From assembly GCF_004010195.1 (NCBI RefSeq), contig NC_057718.1, positions 62,790,311 to 62,854,310 of the forward strand: a stretch of 64,000 nt of DNA, read 5' to 3'. Shown here piece after piece: positions 48,271-61,184 of this stretch. The stretch is from Chiloscyllium plagiosum. Its lineage: Eukaryota. The notes beneath the pieces are model-generated. The model was not told the origin of the DNA and made no database searches. It worked only from the letters and a program-made list of their open reading frames with translations. The first letter of the stretch is position 1. Each line of letters opens with the position of its first letter. The position numbers were made by a program, and so were the translations under genes.

Positions 48271-51200
48271 TCCTCTATTTGTGCCTTTGGACGAATCTAC
48301 CTTGTTGCGAATACATTCAGACAGAGAATGTCCTTACACTTTGTCTTTTAGAAATAATTCTGTGCTCAAAACATACATGTTGCTCAGCTTTGTTTTTAGT
48401 CTCCCGAGCTAGTTTTCTAATTCCTGCTACCAACTTGACTTCTTTCCTATATGGTTTACCCCTCAGGTTCTCATCCTCAACAAGCTAGTTTAAATCCACC
48501 CTGCAGCACTAACAAAACTCCCTCCTAAATTAGTTTTCCAGCCACGTGTTTATTTAATCAATTATCCTGTTCACTAGCCTGCAGCACCGAGCATAATCCT
48601 GAGATTACTGCATTTGGAGTCTTGCTTTTCAATTTTGTTATGTATGTGTGTTAAGTATAGAGAACGGTCACTGAGTTGATCACATTACATAATGATGATG
48701 TCATTAGCCATTCTCATCTAATCTTGCTGCTTGTAAAATGAACATCTCCTTAATAAAGCTTCTACTGTTTAACACTCAGCCTCCTAGTCCTGGAAATGTA
48801 ATACGAACAAAACTGGTAATGAGACGGGACTGCTTAAAAATCCAGGACCACTGGACTCAAAACATTAACTCGGTTTTAACTCCACAGATACTGCCAGATC
48901 TGCTGAGTTTCTCCAACAATTTCTGTTTTTGTTTGTTTTAGATCTCTGGCATCCACTGTTCTTTATTTTTAATGTATTTGTTGGACTAGCTGAAGGTCAG
49001 CTTTTCAGTAACATTGACTTTAGCCAAGCCTATTTCTTGATAAAATGTAGATCCTGAGTCACAGAAATACTTTGTGATTGTAACACATAAAAGGAGATTC
49101 AAATACAAGAGACTTCCATTTGGAATCAGACCTACACCTATGTTATTTCACCATGCCTTGGATCAGCTTTTAAGTAAAGAGTCCAATGCTAACTAGCCAA
49201 TATTTCAGTCACAACATCTCCACAATTTGAATACCACTTTACAGAGACTTGAAAATTCAGTCCGAAGAATTTTTTAACGTGAATTTTTAAAAAAATCTTT
49301 CATCGAACATAGGCCATATCATTGACACCAAGGGGCTACACAAGTCCCCTTCAAAAACAAAAGCCACAGCTGAGGCACCAACACCTAAAATGTAAATCAC
49401 GTGTATTTTGGGGCTTGCTAGGAAATCTTGAAATCATTCTCAAGCCTTCATAACTGATTACAGCAAAACAAAAATTGGAAACAGAAAGATTCACGTGAAA
49501 GAGCTTTTATACAGGCCAAAAGAGGTTTTATTACAGTCAGGCATCCATTAACAAAACATTTTAAAATAGTCTGTCTTCCACAGCTGCTCACAGACTCTCT
49601 TCGCTGCTGAACTCTCAAATTAAAGAACACTTTTCTTCTCAAAGGGAACGTAGTCTGCTTTTCAATTCCCTATTATTCTGCCCAACTTCATAACAGACAG
49701 AAACATTAATGGAAGATTCACAAATAGCTCTGCCAAATAAAGGCTGGATATACCGGAGGACAGAACAGTGATGAGAGGATCTGAGGAAGACAGTACCCTT
49801 AGTGGAGAATACCACGACTGTGCAAGCATTCACTTCAAGCATTCAGTCATCTCAGGAAAAGGCAATAACAGATAATAGTCCGAATACACTTAAAACAGCA
49901 GAGGTTAAACCCAACAAAAAAAAAGATGTCTGAACTGCGCCATCAGCCACACAGGAATCTATTTCCTCCAGAATGTCTTACCTACTAACTGTTGCCTATA
50001 TGACTGTAAATATAGTGAATGTTTTTGTTGGAGGAATCTTCAAAAAGATTTTAATGATGACATCATTGACTATTAGCATAACCTTGCTGCCTGCAGTGAA
50101 CACCTCTTCAATAAAGCTCTTGCTGATTGCACTTGCCCCCCTCCACCACCAAGAAGGATGTCCTGCAATTGCTGAGTGACGTAGTTGACCCTGGTATCAA
50201 GGGGACAAACACACCATCCTGGAATCAGGTTTAATACTGCAAAAGCACACTGATCCCTTAATTGTAGAATCCAGCATTACTGTCCTCCTTTCCCTGCACT
50301 CCCACAACTGAGACACACTTGGTACCATGGATTTGTGACTGGCTGCAATCTCCTTGGGGAATTTCACTAATTTCCAAAATGGAATACAGATTATCAAGCA
50401 TGATAGGTTTAGGGACTTCACCACCACTTACCTGATTGTCACACATTTCCTCTCTGCCTGTATGCATCTAATCTGCAGTGTGACCACCTCCACAAACGTA
50501 GACACACAACAGAGACACTACTCCCTCCTCAAGTTCCAAAATCCAGAGCTCAGGCTTGTCCAGCTGCGGATGCATTCATGGGGGATACAGCGTATGAAGC
50601 AGTTTTCTCTCAAAGTTCCCTTTATATAGAAATGTGCCAGCTATGTCCATAGGATTTTAACACAGAGTAGACCTCAAAATGACACTGAACATTTGAATTA
50701 TAAATTGCATAAAGAGAAAATGTATGTAATTAGAAACAAAATTGGTTCATTATTATTTTGCAATGTGTATCATATTTCATTAAATTTCTGTAATGTGATG
50801 CTATGTCATAAACAAGAAGCACAGCAAGCCAAATTAATGGGAATTCTCGAAGAGCAAAATTAAGGTAAAACTTTCTGAACTTTTCTCCCCATACATAAAT
50901 TCCTTTACACAACAGCACTAATGGCTGAGATGTAAAGTAACACGTGCTAGACAGCAAATCCTTCTCTTCAGAAAATACTACTTTCCCTTACCATACCCAT
51001 GATTAAATCTGCTTCTAACATAAGTTCAGGTAGAGAATTCTACACACTATACAAAAAAAAAGTCATGCTGCTGTTGCTTTGTTTAGCAATCACCTTGAAT
51101 TGGTGCCCTACGGTTTTCAATTCTTAAACTAAGGACAGTTTCTCCCCATCTACTCTGCCCAGACCCTCATGATTTAGCATACTAATCAAAATTTCCTTTT

Positions 51201-51707
51201 GAGAACATTGAGAGAACAGACCCATTATTCTCCACTCTATTTACATGACTAAAGTTCCTCAAAGCCTTGAGCCATTCTCACAAATCTTTTCTACACCTTC
51301 TCTAGCCTATATCTTTCCTCTAGCATAAAAAAACTGAACAACTGCAGAGGTAACCAAGGTTTTGGGAAAGCCCAGTAAAAACCTTTCTTGAAACTAAAAA
51401 AAATCCATCAATATAGTTTGCTGTGAATCAGCTAACCTCCTATGAATCTTTCAGTTCACAAGTTTTAACTTTGCTCATTTGTCTGTTGTATGGGACTTCA
51501 TCAACTGCCTTGGAAGTACAAGCATACATCTATCTCCTTATCTCTTCAAAACTCCATCAAGTTAATTAAATGCTGTTTACCCTTAACAAATCCCACACTG
51601 GTTTTCCTTAATTAATGTCACACTCGCCCAAGTAACTGTTAATTTTATTCTTGTATTCATGTAAAAAGCTTCTTCAACCATTGTTAAATTGGAACATGTT
51701 TACATTG

Positions 51708-51834
51708 GTCCTGAAGAAGGGCTTATGCCCGAAACGTCGATTCTCCTGTTCCCTGGATGCTGCCTGACCTGCTGCGCTTTTCCAGCAACACATTTCCAGC
51801 TCTGATCTCCAGCATCTGCAGACCTCACTTTCTT
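51708..51834 (+). mobile_element. PLE mini-element with an intact hammerhead (51707-51742)
   Basis: TSD ca(t/c)gtttacattg at 51695-51707 and 51835-51847; GGUC-CUGAAGA-A-GGGC(uuau)GCCC-GAA-ACGU-C-GAUU. Confidence 0.85.
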
Positions 51835-52943
51835 CACGTTTACATTGTCCAAAGGAATAACCCTGACCATTACGTTGCTTGTCACTTAAATAAATTACTT
51901 TGATTCCATGGTAACATTTCTGTTCAGAGCCTGCTCCAGTGTTCCAATGAAGTGTAACACAAATTGGAAAATGACATCTTATTTTCTGCTTGGATCATTT
52001 AGTTTCTCAGCACTGAATTTGACAACTTCACACTATGACCTGTCCTTCATTTTTATTACATCCCACCTTCCTCTGGCTGTCTTGTTTGCCCCTTGCCTTT
52101 GCTTTCAGTAGCGTGGATGCATTTTCTCTTTTTCACAAATTAATTTATACCTAATTTATCTTTCTCTGCCCCCAGTTACCACAATTAACAGTCCCCTTAT
52201 ATTTCATTCTGGGCATTTTATAATTTGTTTTCACTCATTCCTCCTCCTCCTCTGTCAGCAGCATAAACATACCATTTTCCAGTCCCTTTTAGTTCTGAAG
52301 AAGAATCAGATCAGACACAAGTGTTAACTGTTCCTCTCTCCACAGATGTTGCCAAACCTGCTGTACTTCTCAAACACTTTATTTTTACTTTAAATTGGCT
52401 GTCATGTAATTGCTGGGATTATCCTTATGCCTTCTTTTGAACAAAGGTTGACTGCAATTCTCCAGTCTTCTGGATCAATTGTAACCCTACCTCTGAACCA
52501 GAAGGTCCACATTCAACTCCCACCAGCTCAATAGATGTCGTAACACAACTGAACAGGGTTGATTAAAAATAACTTCAATGATCACCGTAAGTGCTCCATT
52601 ACTGACATATGATCTACTTGGCCTAACTCAGTTCGAAGAACTAGGACCAGCAATACCTCCTTTCCCATCGGACTGAAAGGAACTGATGTGCAAAGTTCTT
52701 CTGAACATATTCTATGAATTCCTGCCCTTTATAATTTTAACACAGTACATATTCAGATAATTAAAGAAACCATTATAACTACTCTAAAATTCTTCTAGCT
52801 CTCCTCAATTTCCTTGCACATGTATTCCTCCACGTTTCCTTCTACTTGGTGCATAACAGAATAAACCAAACAATGAAAAGGTATTTCCAGTGATTCTTAA
52901 ATCTAGTTAAACAAATTCTATCCTTGACCCATCTATAACAGTA

Positions 52944-53154
52944 GTTGAGAGTGTGGTGCTGGAAAGCACAGCAGGTCAGGTAGCATCCGAGGAGCAGGAG
53001 GAATCAATGGTTTGGGCATAAGCCCTTCATTCCTGATGAAGGGCTAAAGCCTAAAACATCGATTCTCCTGCTCCTTGGATGCTGCCTGACCTGCTGTGCT
53101 TTTCCAGCACCACACTCAACTCTGATCTCAAGCAGCTGCAGTCCTCACTTTCTC
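52944..53154. mobile_element. PLE-derived hairpin mini-element
   Basis: Inverted arms centred at ~53031; imperfect TSD ccatc(t/c)a(t/c)aacagta. Confidence 0.8.
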
Positions 53155-55808
53155 CCATCCACAACAGTAATTGTAATTTAGACATTATTATACCCTGTTT
53201 ATCTCCAATCCCATATCTTACTATTTTCTAGACTGGTGTTATCTACCTCTTTGAACACCTTGGTGTTGTTCTCTAATATTGCCTCCTGGTTCCTCCACCC
53301 CTGGCAAGTTAGTTTAAAACCAACTCAATAGCACTAGCAAATCAGCCCATAAGGAAACGTGTCCCTGTTCTGTTAGGTACAACTCATCAAGCCTGTACAT
53401 GTCCCATCTTGTCCAAAACTACTCCCAATTTCAAAGAATCGAGAGACGAGCTTTCTCGCTACACATTCAGCAGCTCTATCCTCCAATTTGTATACTCACT
53501 TGCATGCATTACAGAGTGTCCTCACTTAAAGCTGTGATTTTCTGGAATGCAATCTTGATTTTAAGTGAAAAGACTAACTATAGCATTGATTACCACAAGA
53601 ATCACTGTCAAAACTGGAATTAAGATCTGTAGGCCTTCCTTCGCAGAGAAAAAAAATAACATTGTACCTACACACTAAGTTGTAATGCAGTGCTTTAAAT
53701 AACTACACTTCTAAATGAAATAATACGTAAAACAAAATAACTTGCTAAGAAAACTGGTATAAAAGAAAAGTGCAAGCTTTTATTCTCAACGCCACCTGTA
53801 GTGGACCCTCCAACTGTGAACTGGGGGGTGCTGGCGTTCATGCTGGGTGAGTTCTTAGCTCAGTGAGCTGCCTGCTGGGGTCAGCCCTTGGCTTAGTTGC
53901 AGTTGTCTTCTGAATAGGGTTGTCTTTGTGCACATGGGCATAGGTAAGAGGTACAGAGCATCCCTTCTTTCTGGCTGATACCATTTCAGGAATCTACCTG
54001 AGCCACTGCTTGATGAGGCTCTTCCTATGACTGACTGAAAATCCCGATGAAGTTCAGCAGCTCTCCTGCTTTGCTCTGTTGCCTATGGACTGAATTCTAC
54101 CACAATGGCAGTGCTATTTCAGCCACAACCTAAGGGGAAGATTGGCTTTAAAACTAGGCCTAGATCTTATTTAACTGTGCAACAGAAGTAACGAGTCTTT
54201 CACACTCAATTATAATATTTAACGGGTATGACACTACCCTACTTTGAATGCAGTATTTTGAAAGTAATGCATTTTTGTGCTAAGAAGAAAAGCTGAAATA
54301 ACTCCACAAAGGCTGGTATTTTCTCACCAAGCCATCTTTTATTTACATGCGCGTAATATATGACACTGACCCAGCTAGCTCAGAGCCAGCTCCGAGAGTG
54401 AACAAAGCCCCTGACACTCTTGTTTATATCTCTGTCAGTTAAAGTTCCCTAATTAAGACTGTTAGCCTGGGCCAATCTAGGAACTCATACCGTAGGAGGT
54501 ACACCTGCCTGACCTCGTTACAATCACTATATCCCTCCCTCTCAAAGTCCTATGATGTGGGCCCGTCCTTTTTCTTGTAGCTTCTCTGGAGGCTTTGTCG
54601 CACCAAATCTGTTCTTCCGACTCTGCCTGAATACTGTGGACCGTAGCCTGCCTCTTGCACTCTGAACATCTCGGCCGAAATTCATCTTCTTCAGGCGGTA
54701 ACAGCGATGTTGGGGCTGCAACATCTGCCGTGTCCATCGCGCCCTCACAGGTTTCTTCAAAACTAGGCGGAGGGGTAGAACCCATGGATTCTGACAGGCA
54801 GTCATTTTCTAATTGAAAAATGTTGAACCAATCAAGGTGAATCTTTCTCAACCAATTTTGCCCCATCAGAGTTGGGCCCGAGCCTTTTACCACAGTCAGT
54901 GGTAACTGAACCAGCTGCTTCTAGTAAGAGGCCAGAGGCAAACGTGTACTCTTAATTTGTAGGGGTTGTCCAGTATGGATTCTCAGCCTGGCCGAGATTG
55001 TACACAAACTCAAAGTTGGAGTCCAGAGCGAATTTTGTTAAAGACCAGTTCTGCAATCACTGATACAGTCGGACTGGTATCAACCTCCACAAGAACTGGG
55101 TGATCACTTAACCATTATTTTGATCGATTCGGATTTGGATTTTGCTGAGCAATTTAACTGTTCCAAACCAGCTGGAGGTAAACTTTCCAGCTTGTACACT
55201 CTCCTGGATACTGGCTTATGACTTCTCTTACTCAATTCAGATCAAGTGGGACTCTTCTGTTGTCTAAACTACAATTGCCTGCCAGCCCAGATCGTCAAGG
55301 AATTTTAACTGTTTAGCTGAGGCTTGGCTTAGTTTTGTGATTTTGCTATGGGCTGATCTGGAGTCCCTCTGTTCAGGATATGCCCTGAGTGAGGCTATGC
55401 AATTATCTTCACTCAAGTAATGCTCCCTAAGCTCAGTTAGTCTGGCAAGCGTGTCCACTTCAGTTGGAAGACCCTGTAACTCATAAGTTCCACTTGCCAC
55501 ATTTTCTAATGACAAAGCCAGCTGTAATGTCTGTTTCAAGTCCAGTAAAGCTTCAGCTAGTAGGCACTTTTGCATGGTCACATCATTAATCCCACTCTCG
55601 TTACCAGTGAAATAACTCCACATAAGGCTGGTATTCAGTCATCAAATCACCCTGTATTTATATGTGCACAATACATGACAATAACGCAGCTAGCTCAGAG
55701 CCAGTTCCTAGACTGAACAAAACTCCTGTCACTCTATTTATATCTGTTAGCCAGGGCTCCCTGAGTGGACCAGTTTAACAGCCCCAATCAGAGAACTCAC
55801 ATTCTATG

Positions 55809-56439
55809 AAAGCAACCACCCCAACACACACAAACGAAGTTGCATCAAGACACTATTCAAAAGGGCCACAACACACTGCAGCACACCAGAACTGCAAAAA
55901 GAGGAAGAGGAACACCTGTACAATGTATTCACCAAAAACGGATACCCGCGCAATTTCATCAACAGATGCCTAAGAGAAAGACAACGGAACGAGGACATGC
56001 CGCAACCCAAAGGACTAGCCACACTACCATACATCAAGAACATCTCTGAAATGCTATCCTTAGTAGCCACACACGTAGACGACAATCAACATGAATTTGA
56101 CTGGGACAACACTACCATTATAGGGCAAGCGAAACAAAGAACAGCCAGGGAATTCCTAGAAGCATGGCACTCATCCACAAACTCCATCAACAAACACATC
56201 GACCTGGACCCAATATACCGGCCACTACAGCGGACAGCTGAAACTGACAACCGGAAGCGGCAGGGACAGGCCACTATAAATGCCGGAGGAAACACCACAG
56301 AAGCGCTTCACAGGAGGCTCCCAAGCACTGAGGATGTCACCTCGACAGGGGACGAAACGTTTGCAACAAAAATTTCCAACTCGGCGAACAGAACCACAAC
56401 AACGAGCACCCGAGCTACAAATCTTCACCCAAACTTTGA
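55809..56439 (+). mobile_element. Penelope element fragment (RT thumb, partial GIY-YIG, hammerhead) nested in the LTR
   Basis: HPNTHKRSCIKTLFKRA...NGYPRNFI, LPYIKNISE and AREFLEAWHS; TSD tcacatt(c/t)tatg at 55797-55808 and 56440-56451. Confidence 0.88.
56325..56364 (+). ncRNA. Minimal hammerhead ribozyme motif (PLE 3' end)
   Basis: GCA-CUGAGGA-U-GUCaCCU(cgac)AGGgGAC-GAA-ACGU-U-UGC; GUU cleavage triplet. Confidence 0.8.
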
Positions 56440-57099
56440 TCACATTTTATGGAGGTCCACCTGGCTGACTTTGCTCCAATCACTACAAAAGCCAACTATC
56501 AAATGGAGGCAGGCAAGAGAACAAAGGTCATTTTGGCATTATTGGCAGCTGTCGATGAACATTGGCTGAGAGGGTTAAGACAAGTGATTGACATAGCAAA
56601 GACTGCCAACCTTCAAAATATAAATATGGGTGGGTGGGGAGAGAGGAAGACATAGGTCCAGGGAAAAGGAACATTAACTTCTTGGGAGAAGACCAAGAGC
56701 TTCTCCAACCAGCCCAAGGGAAGAACAAAGATTGCACAACGTCAGGGACTTCGACTACTTCAAAATCGGAGTCCCAACTGCTCCATCTTATAGGATTTTG
56801 TGATCAGTGAAATGCTTGCACCTGTCATGGTCATGAACTTTCTTTGTCTAATTGACTAAATGTATCATATCAAGGCTGTTGTTCTCTAACAAAATGCAAA
56901 AAAACAGAAAATTGCGACAAATGTTTGACTACCTATGATACAACTGTGATCATGAACCTCTAAAATCATATCACATCACAGGGAGAGAGTTTACACAAAA
57001 ATAATGTCAAACAAGTCAGATATGTAATGTACTGCACGAAACATTGCCACAGTGAATCTCATTATGCTCAACAAGATTTACAATTCTCATAGTTTGCTA

Positions 57100-57600
57100 A
57101 TGCTGAAGCCAAACCATGCCAAACGGGGGACTTTTAATTTGGATACCTTCTGCTGGGAGCAGTCGGGAAATTAATACCTTTGAGATCCTGCTAGCGAGTT
57201 TCCTCATTAGCTGCTTAACTCTGACCACTGGACCTTTATCTGTGTTTATGGTACCAATGTGGACAACAACACTAAATGTGCATCCTGACACTTTCACAAT
57301 GCTTTGCAATGTTGTCACTCAGTTATATCTTTGACCCTGGGACCAGGGAGGCACCAGATCATTGTTGATTCATATCTGCAACAGAGACACTTGTCTGTTC
57401 TCCTAACTATATAGTCCCCAATCATGACTGCTGTTCCAGTCTTCCACATGCTCCCCTATATAGCTGAACCAACCGTGGAGCCATGGACATAGGCTAATAC
57501 TCCATAGATGAACCATAATTTTCACCAGTATTCTCAACTGAACATTGATTGGCGTCAGATGCACAGGGGACTCTTGCATTATTTGTCACAATCTTTCTTG
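57100..57600 (-). mobile_element. CR1 ORF1 (SGNH esterase-like) remnant
   Basis: VVVHIGT...KVLISRLLP motif in ORF 57097..57318; similar pieces at ~48450-48620 and ~50150-50580. Confidence 0.6.
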
Positions 57601-57736
57601 TTCTTTCCAGTGGGGGATTGGAGATCAGTAAGGGAAAATTAACAAAGTTAGGAACAGCAGTTGGACAATCGATAAAAGTTGAAGGAGTGAAATTATTGTG
57701 AGGGAGTACAAAGGAACAAGGGATAGATCAAGTAGG

Positions 57737-59880
57737 CTGGGACTGCTTTAGTGTTAAGGGTTTAGATGGAGAGGAATTTGTTAAGTCTGTACAGGAAAAT
57801 TCTCTGATTCAGTATGTGGATGTACCTACGAGAGAAGGTGCAAAACTTGACCTACTCTTGGGGAATAAGCAAGACAGGTGGCTGAGGTGTCAGTGGGGGA
57901 GCACTTTGGGGCCAGCGACCATAATTCCATTAAATTTAAAATAGTGATGGAAAAGGGTAGACCAGATCTAAAAGTTGAAGTTCTAAATTGGAGAAAGGCT
58001 AATTTTGATGGTATTAGGCAAGAACTTTCAAAAGCTGACTGGGGGCAGATGTTTGCAGGTAAAGGGACGGCTAGAAAATGGCAAGCCTTTGGAAATGAGA
58101 TAATGAGAATCCGGAGAAAGTAAATTCCTGTTAGGGTGAAAGGAAAGGCTGGTAGGTATAGGGAATGCAGGATGACTGAAGATATTGAGGGTTTGGTGAA
58201 GAAAAAGAAGCAAGCATATGTCAGGTATAGACAGGATAGATTGAGTGAATCCTTAGAAGAGTATAAAGGCAGTAGGAGTATACTTAAGAGGGAAATCAGG
58301 AGGGCAAAAAGGGGACACGAGATAGCTTTGGCAAATAGAATTAAGGAGGATCCAAAAGGGTTTTACAAATACATTAAGATCAAAAGAGTAACTAGGGAGA
58401 GAATAGGACCTCTCAAAGATCAGCAAGGCGGGCTTTGTGTGGAGCTGCAGAAAATGGGGGAGATACTAAACGAGTATTTCACATCAATATTTACTGTGGA
58501 AAAGGATATGGAAGATATAGAACGTAGGGAAATAGATGGTGACACCTTGCCCAGATTACAGAGGAGAAAGTGCTGGATGTCTTGAAACGCATAAATCCCC
58601 AGGACCTGATCAGGTGTACCCGAGAACTCTGTGGGAAGCTAGAGAAGTGATTGTTGGGCCTCTTGCTGAGATACTTGCATCATCGATAGTCACAGGTGAA
58701 GTGCCGGAAGACTGGAGGTTGGCTAATGTGGTGCCACTGTTTAAGAAAGGTGGTAAGGACAAGCCAGGGAATTATAGATCAGTGACATCGGTGGTGGGCA
58801 AGTATTTGGAGGGAATCCTGAGGGATAGGATGTACATGTATTTGGAAAGGCAAGGACGGATTCGGGATAGCCAACATGGCTTTGTGCATGGGAAATCATG
58901 TCTCACAAACTTGATTGAGTTTTTTGAAGAAGTAACAAAGAGGATTAATGAGGGCAGAGTGATAGATGTGATCTATATGGGCTTCAGTAAGGCATTCGAC
59001 AAGGTTCTCCATGGGAGACTGATTAGCAAGGTTAGATCTCACGGAAACAGGGAGAACTAGCCATCTGGGGACAGAACTGACTCAAAAGGTAGAAGACAGA
59101 GGGTGGTGGTGGGAGGGTAGTTTTTCTGACTGGAGGCCTGTGACCAGTGGAGTGCCACAAGGATTGGTGCTGTGCCCTCTACTTTTTGTTATTTACATAA
59201 ATGACTTGGATGTCAGCAGGTAGATAGGATAGTGAAGAAGGCGTTTGGTATGCTTTCCTTTATTGGTCAGAGTATTGAGTACAGGAGTTGGGAGGTCATG
59301 TTGCGGCTGTACAGGACATTGGTTAGGCCACTGTTGGAATATTGCATGCAATTCTGGTCTCCTTCCTATCGGAAAGATGTTGTGAATCTTGAAAGGGTTC
59401 AGAAAAGTTTTACAAGGATGTTGCCAGGGTTGGAGGATTTGAGCTATAGGGAGAGGCTGAACAGGCTGGGGCTGTTTTCCCTGGAGTGTCGGAGGCTGAG
59501 GGGTGATCTTATAGAGATTTACAAAATTACGAGGGGCATGGATAGGATAAATAGATAAAATCTTTTCCCTGGGGTGGGGGAGTCCAGAACTAGAGGACAT
59601 AGGTTTAGGGTGAGTTGGGAAAGATATAAGAGAGACCTAAGGGGCAACTTTTTCACACAGAGGGTGGTACGTGTTTGGAATGAGCTGCCAGCGGACATGG
59701 AGGCGGCTGGTACAATTGCAACATTTAAGAGGCATTTGGATGGGTTAATGAATAGGAAGGGTTTGGAGGGATATGGGCCAGGTGCTGGCAAGTGGGACTA
59801 GACTGGGTTGGGATGTCTGGTTGGCATGGACGGGTTGGATCGAAGGGTCTGTTTCCATGCTGTACATCTCTATGACTCTA
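57737..59880 (+). mobile_element. 5'-truncated CR1-type LINE, same family as 11275-13730, with an internal deletion in RT
   Basis: ORFs 57878-59801 are closely similar to the first copy; the jump at ~59213 removes the RT catalytic (FADD) segment. Confidence 0.92.
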
Positions 59881-60174
59881 AGTGATGGAAAGGCACTTGA
59901 TTACTGGATACTCAACTCCATTTAGCAGTCAAATTTGTCAAAGCCCACACAAAGCTGACCTGCATAAAATTGAAAATGGAAGTAAAATTTAAGGGGGTTG
60001 GATTCATATTTGAGATTTTGAAAAACCATCCCTACCAACTCAAGCACACCTATTTCTGAGAGTTAAATTCACTCTCGACATCACTGATAAGACAATGAGC
60101 ACCAAAAGAATTAAATAATATGTAAGCATTTCATTATTGGTCAGCATCCTGCAAGTGATTAAAACAATTCTTAC

Positions 60175-60327
60175 TCTGACTGGCTTCAAAGCTTGGGCAT
60201 CAGGAAGAAACTTAAGTAACGTTGATGCAGCTAGTAAAAGGAAAGACCGATTTATCGATTCTCCACCATCCAAACCAGACAGGCACAACTTATATAATCC
60301 GTTGCAAGCTTCATGTCGAACTGAAGT
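60175..60327 (-). CDS. USP34: USP34 exon: TSVRHEACNGLYKLCLSGLDGG...AQALKPVR
   Basis: 153 nt; tag acceptor, gtaaga donor; phase 0/0. Confidence 0.95.
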
Positions 60328-60467
60328 CTAGAACAAAGAGAAGTCAATTATTGATAAAATACCTTACGTTTAATATTAAAGAAACTACCAGTTTATACAA
60401 GCAACTAGAAAAATCTATTACAACTAATAATTAGGTATTATAGCATATGTATGAGGTTTAGCCTTAC

Positions 60468-60592
60468 CTCTGGTACAAGAAGAGTTAATTTTTTCAACCA
60501 TTCATGTAGATGTTCACTGTCTGCAAGGCTGGATTTGACCAGTGAACAACAGTGAGCCCAACTCACTAATAGCCACATAGCATAATGAGTAA
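60468..60592 (-). CDS. USP34: USP34 exon: (V)THYAMWLLVSWAHCCSLVKSSLADSEHLHEWLKKLTLLVPE
   Basis: 125 nt; cag acceptor, gtaagg donor; lies within ORF 60438..60728. Confidence 0.95.
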
Positions 60593-60810
60593 CTGAAATG
60601 TGAAATAAGAAACTGGTTAATATGACAGACGTGCACTTCTTTATTATTGGGATTAAGTTAGCTCGATTGGCTGGATGGCTGGTTTGCAATGCAGAATGAT
60701 GCCAATAGAATGGGTTCAATTTCCACACCGATTGAAGTTACGAATTCGCTTTCTCAGCCTCTTCCCTCACCTGAGATGTGGTGACCACCACCAACTGTCT
60801 CTCTAATGAG

Positions 60811-61010
60811 AGCGGCACAGTGGTTCAGTGCTTAGCACTGCTGCCTCATAAGTGTCAGGGAGCAGAGTTAGATTTCAGCCTCAGGTGACTGTCTGTGTAC
60901 AGTTTACATGTTTTCCCCATATCCGCATGGGTTTCCACTGGGTGCTCCAGTTTCCTCCCACAGACATGCAGGTTAGGTGGACTGGCCATGCTAAATGTGG
61001 GATTACTGGA
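60811..61010 (+). mobile_element. Diverged HE1-type SINE nested in another SINE (~60645-61055)
   Basis: gcggcacagtggttcagtg head and V-domain tgctccagtttcctcccaca. Confidence 0.7.
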
Positions 61011-61184
61011 AACGGTAGGACTTCTGTGGTCTGGTAAGACTATAGCAACTTTGTCTTTAAATCACATTAGTGTTTTTTTTCTTTATATAACCAGTTATAA
61101 ACTTTGCTCAACCCCAGCTGACCGTTAAATGTCTCATTTGCAGTTAGTAAAATACAAATAATGCTGCATTAAAAAAAACAAAGA

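Larger units (their letters stand above)
54294..56487 (-). mobile_element. Internally deleted Gypsy-type LTR retrotransposon (gag and protease remnants only)
   Basis: 3' LTR 54294-54531; 5' LTR 55608-55808 plus 56440-56487; PBS-like tggtaacgag; PPT gagagggagggA; 5 bp TSD aaagc; VDTS protease-like motif and VKGSGPTLMGQNWL. Confidence 0.85.
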
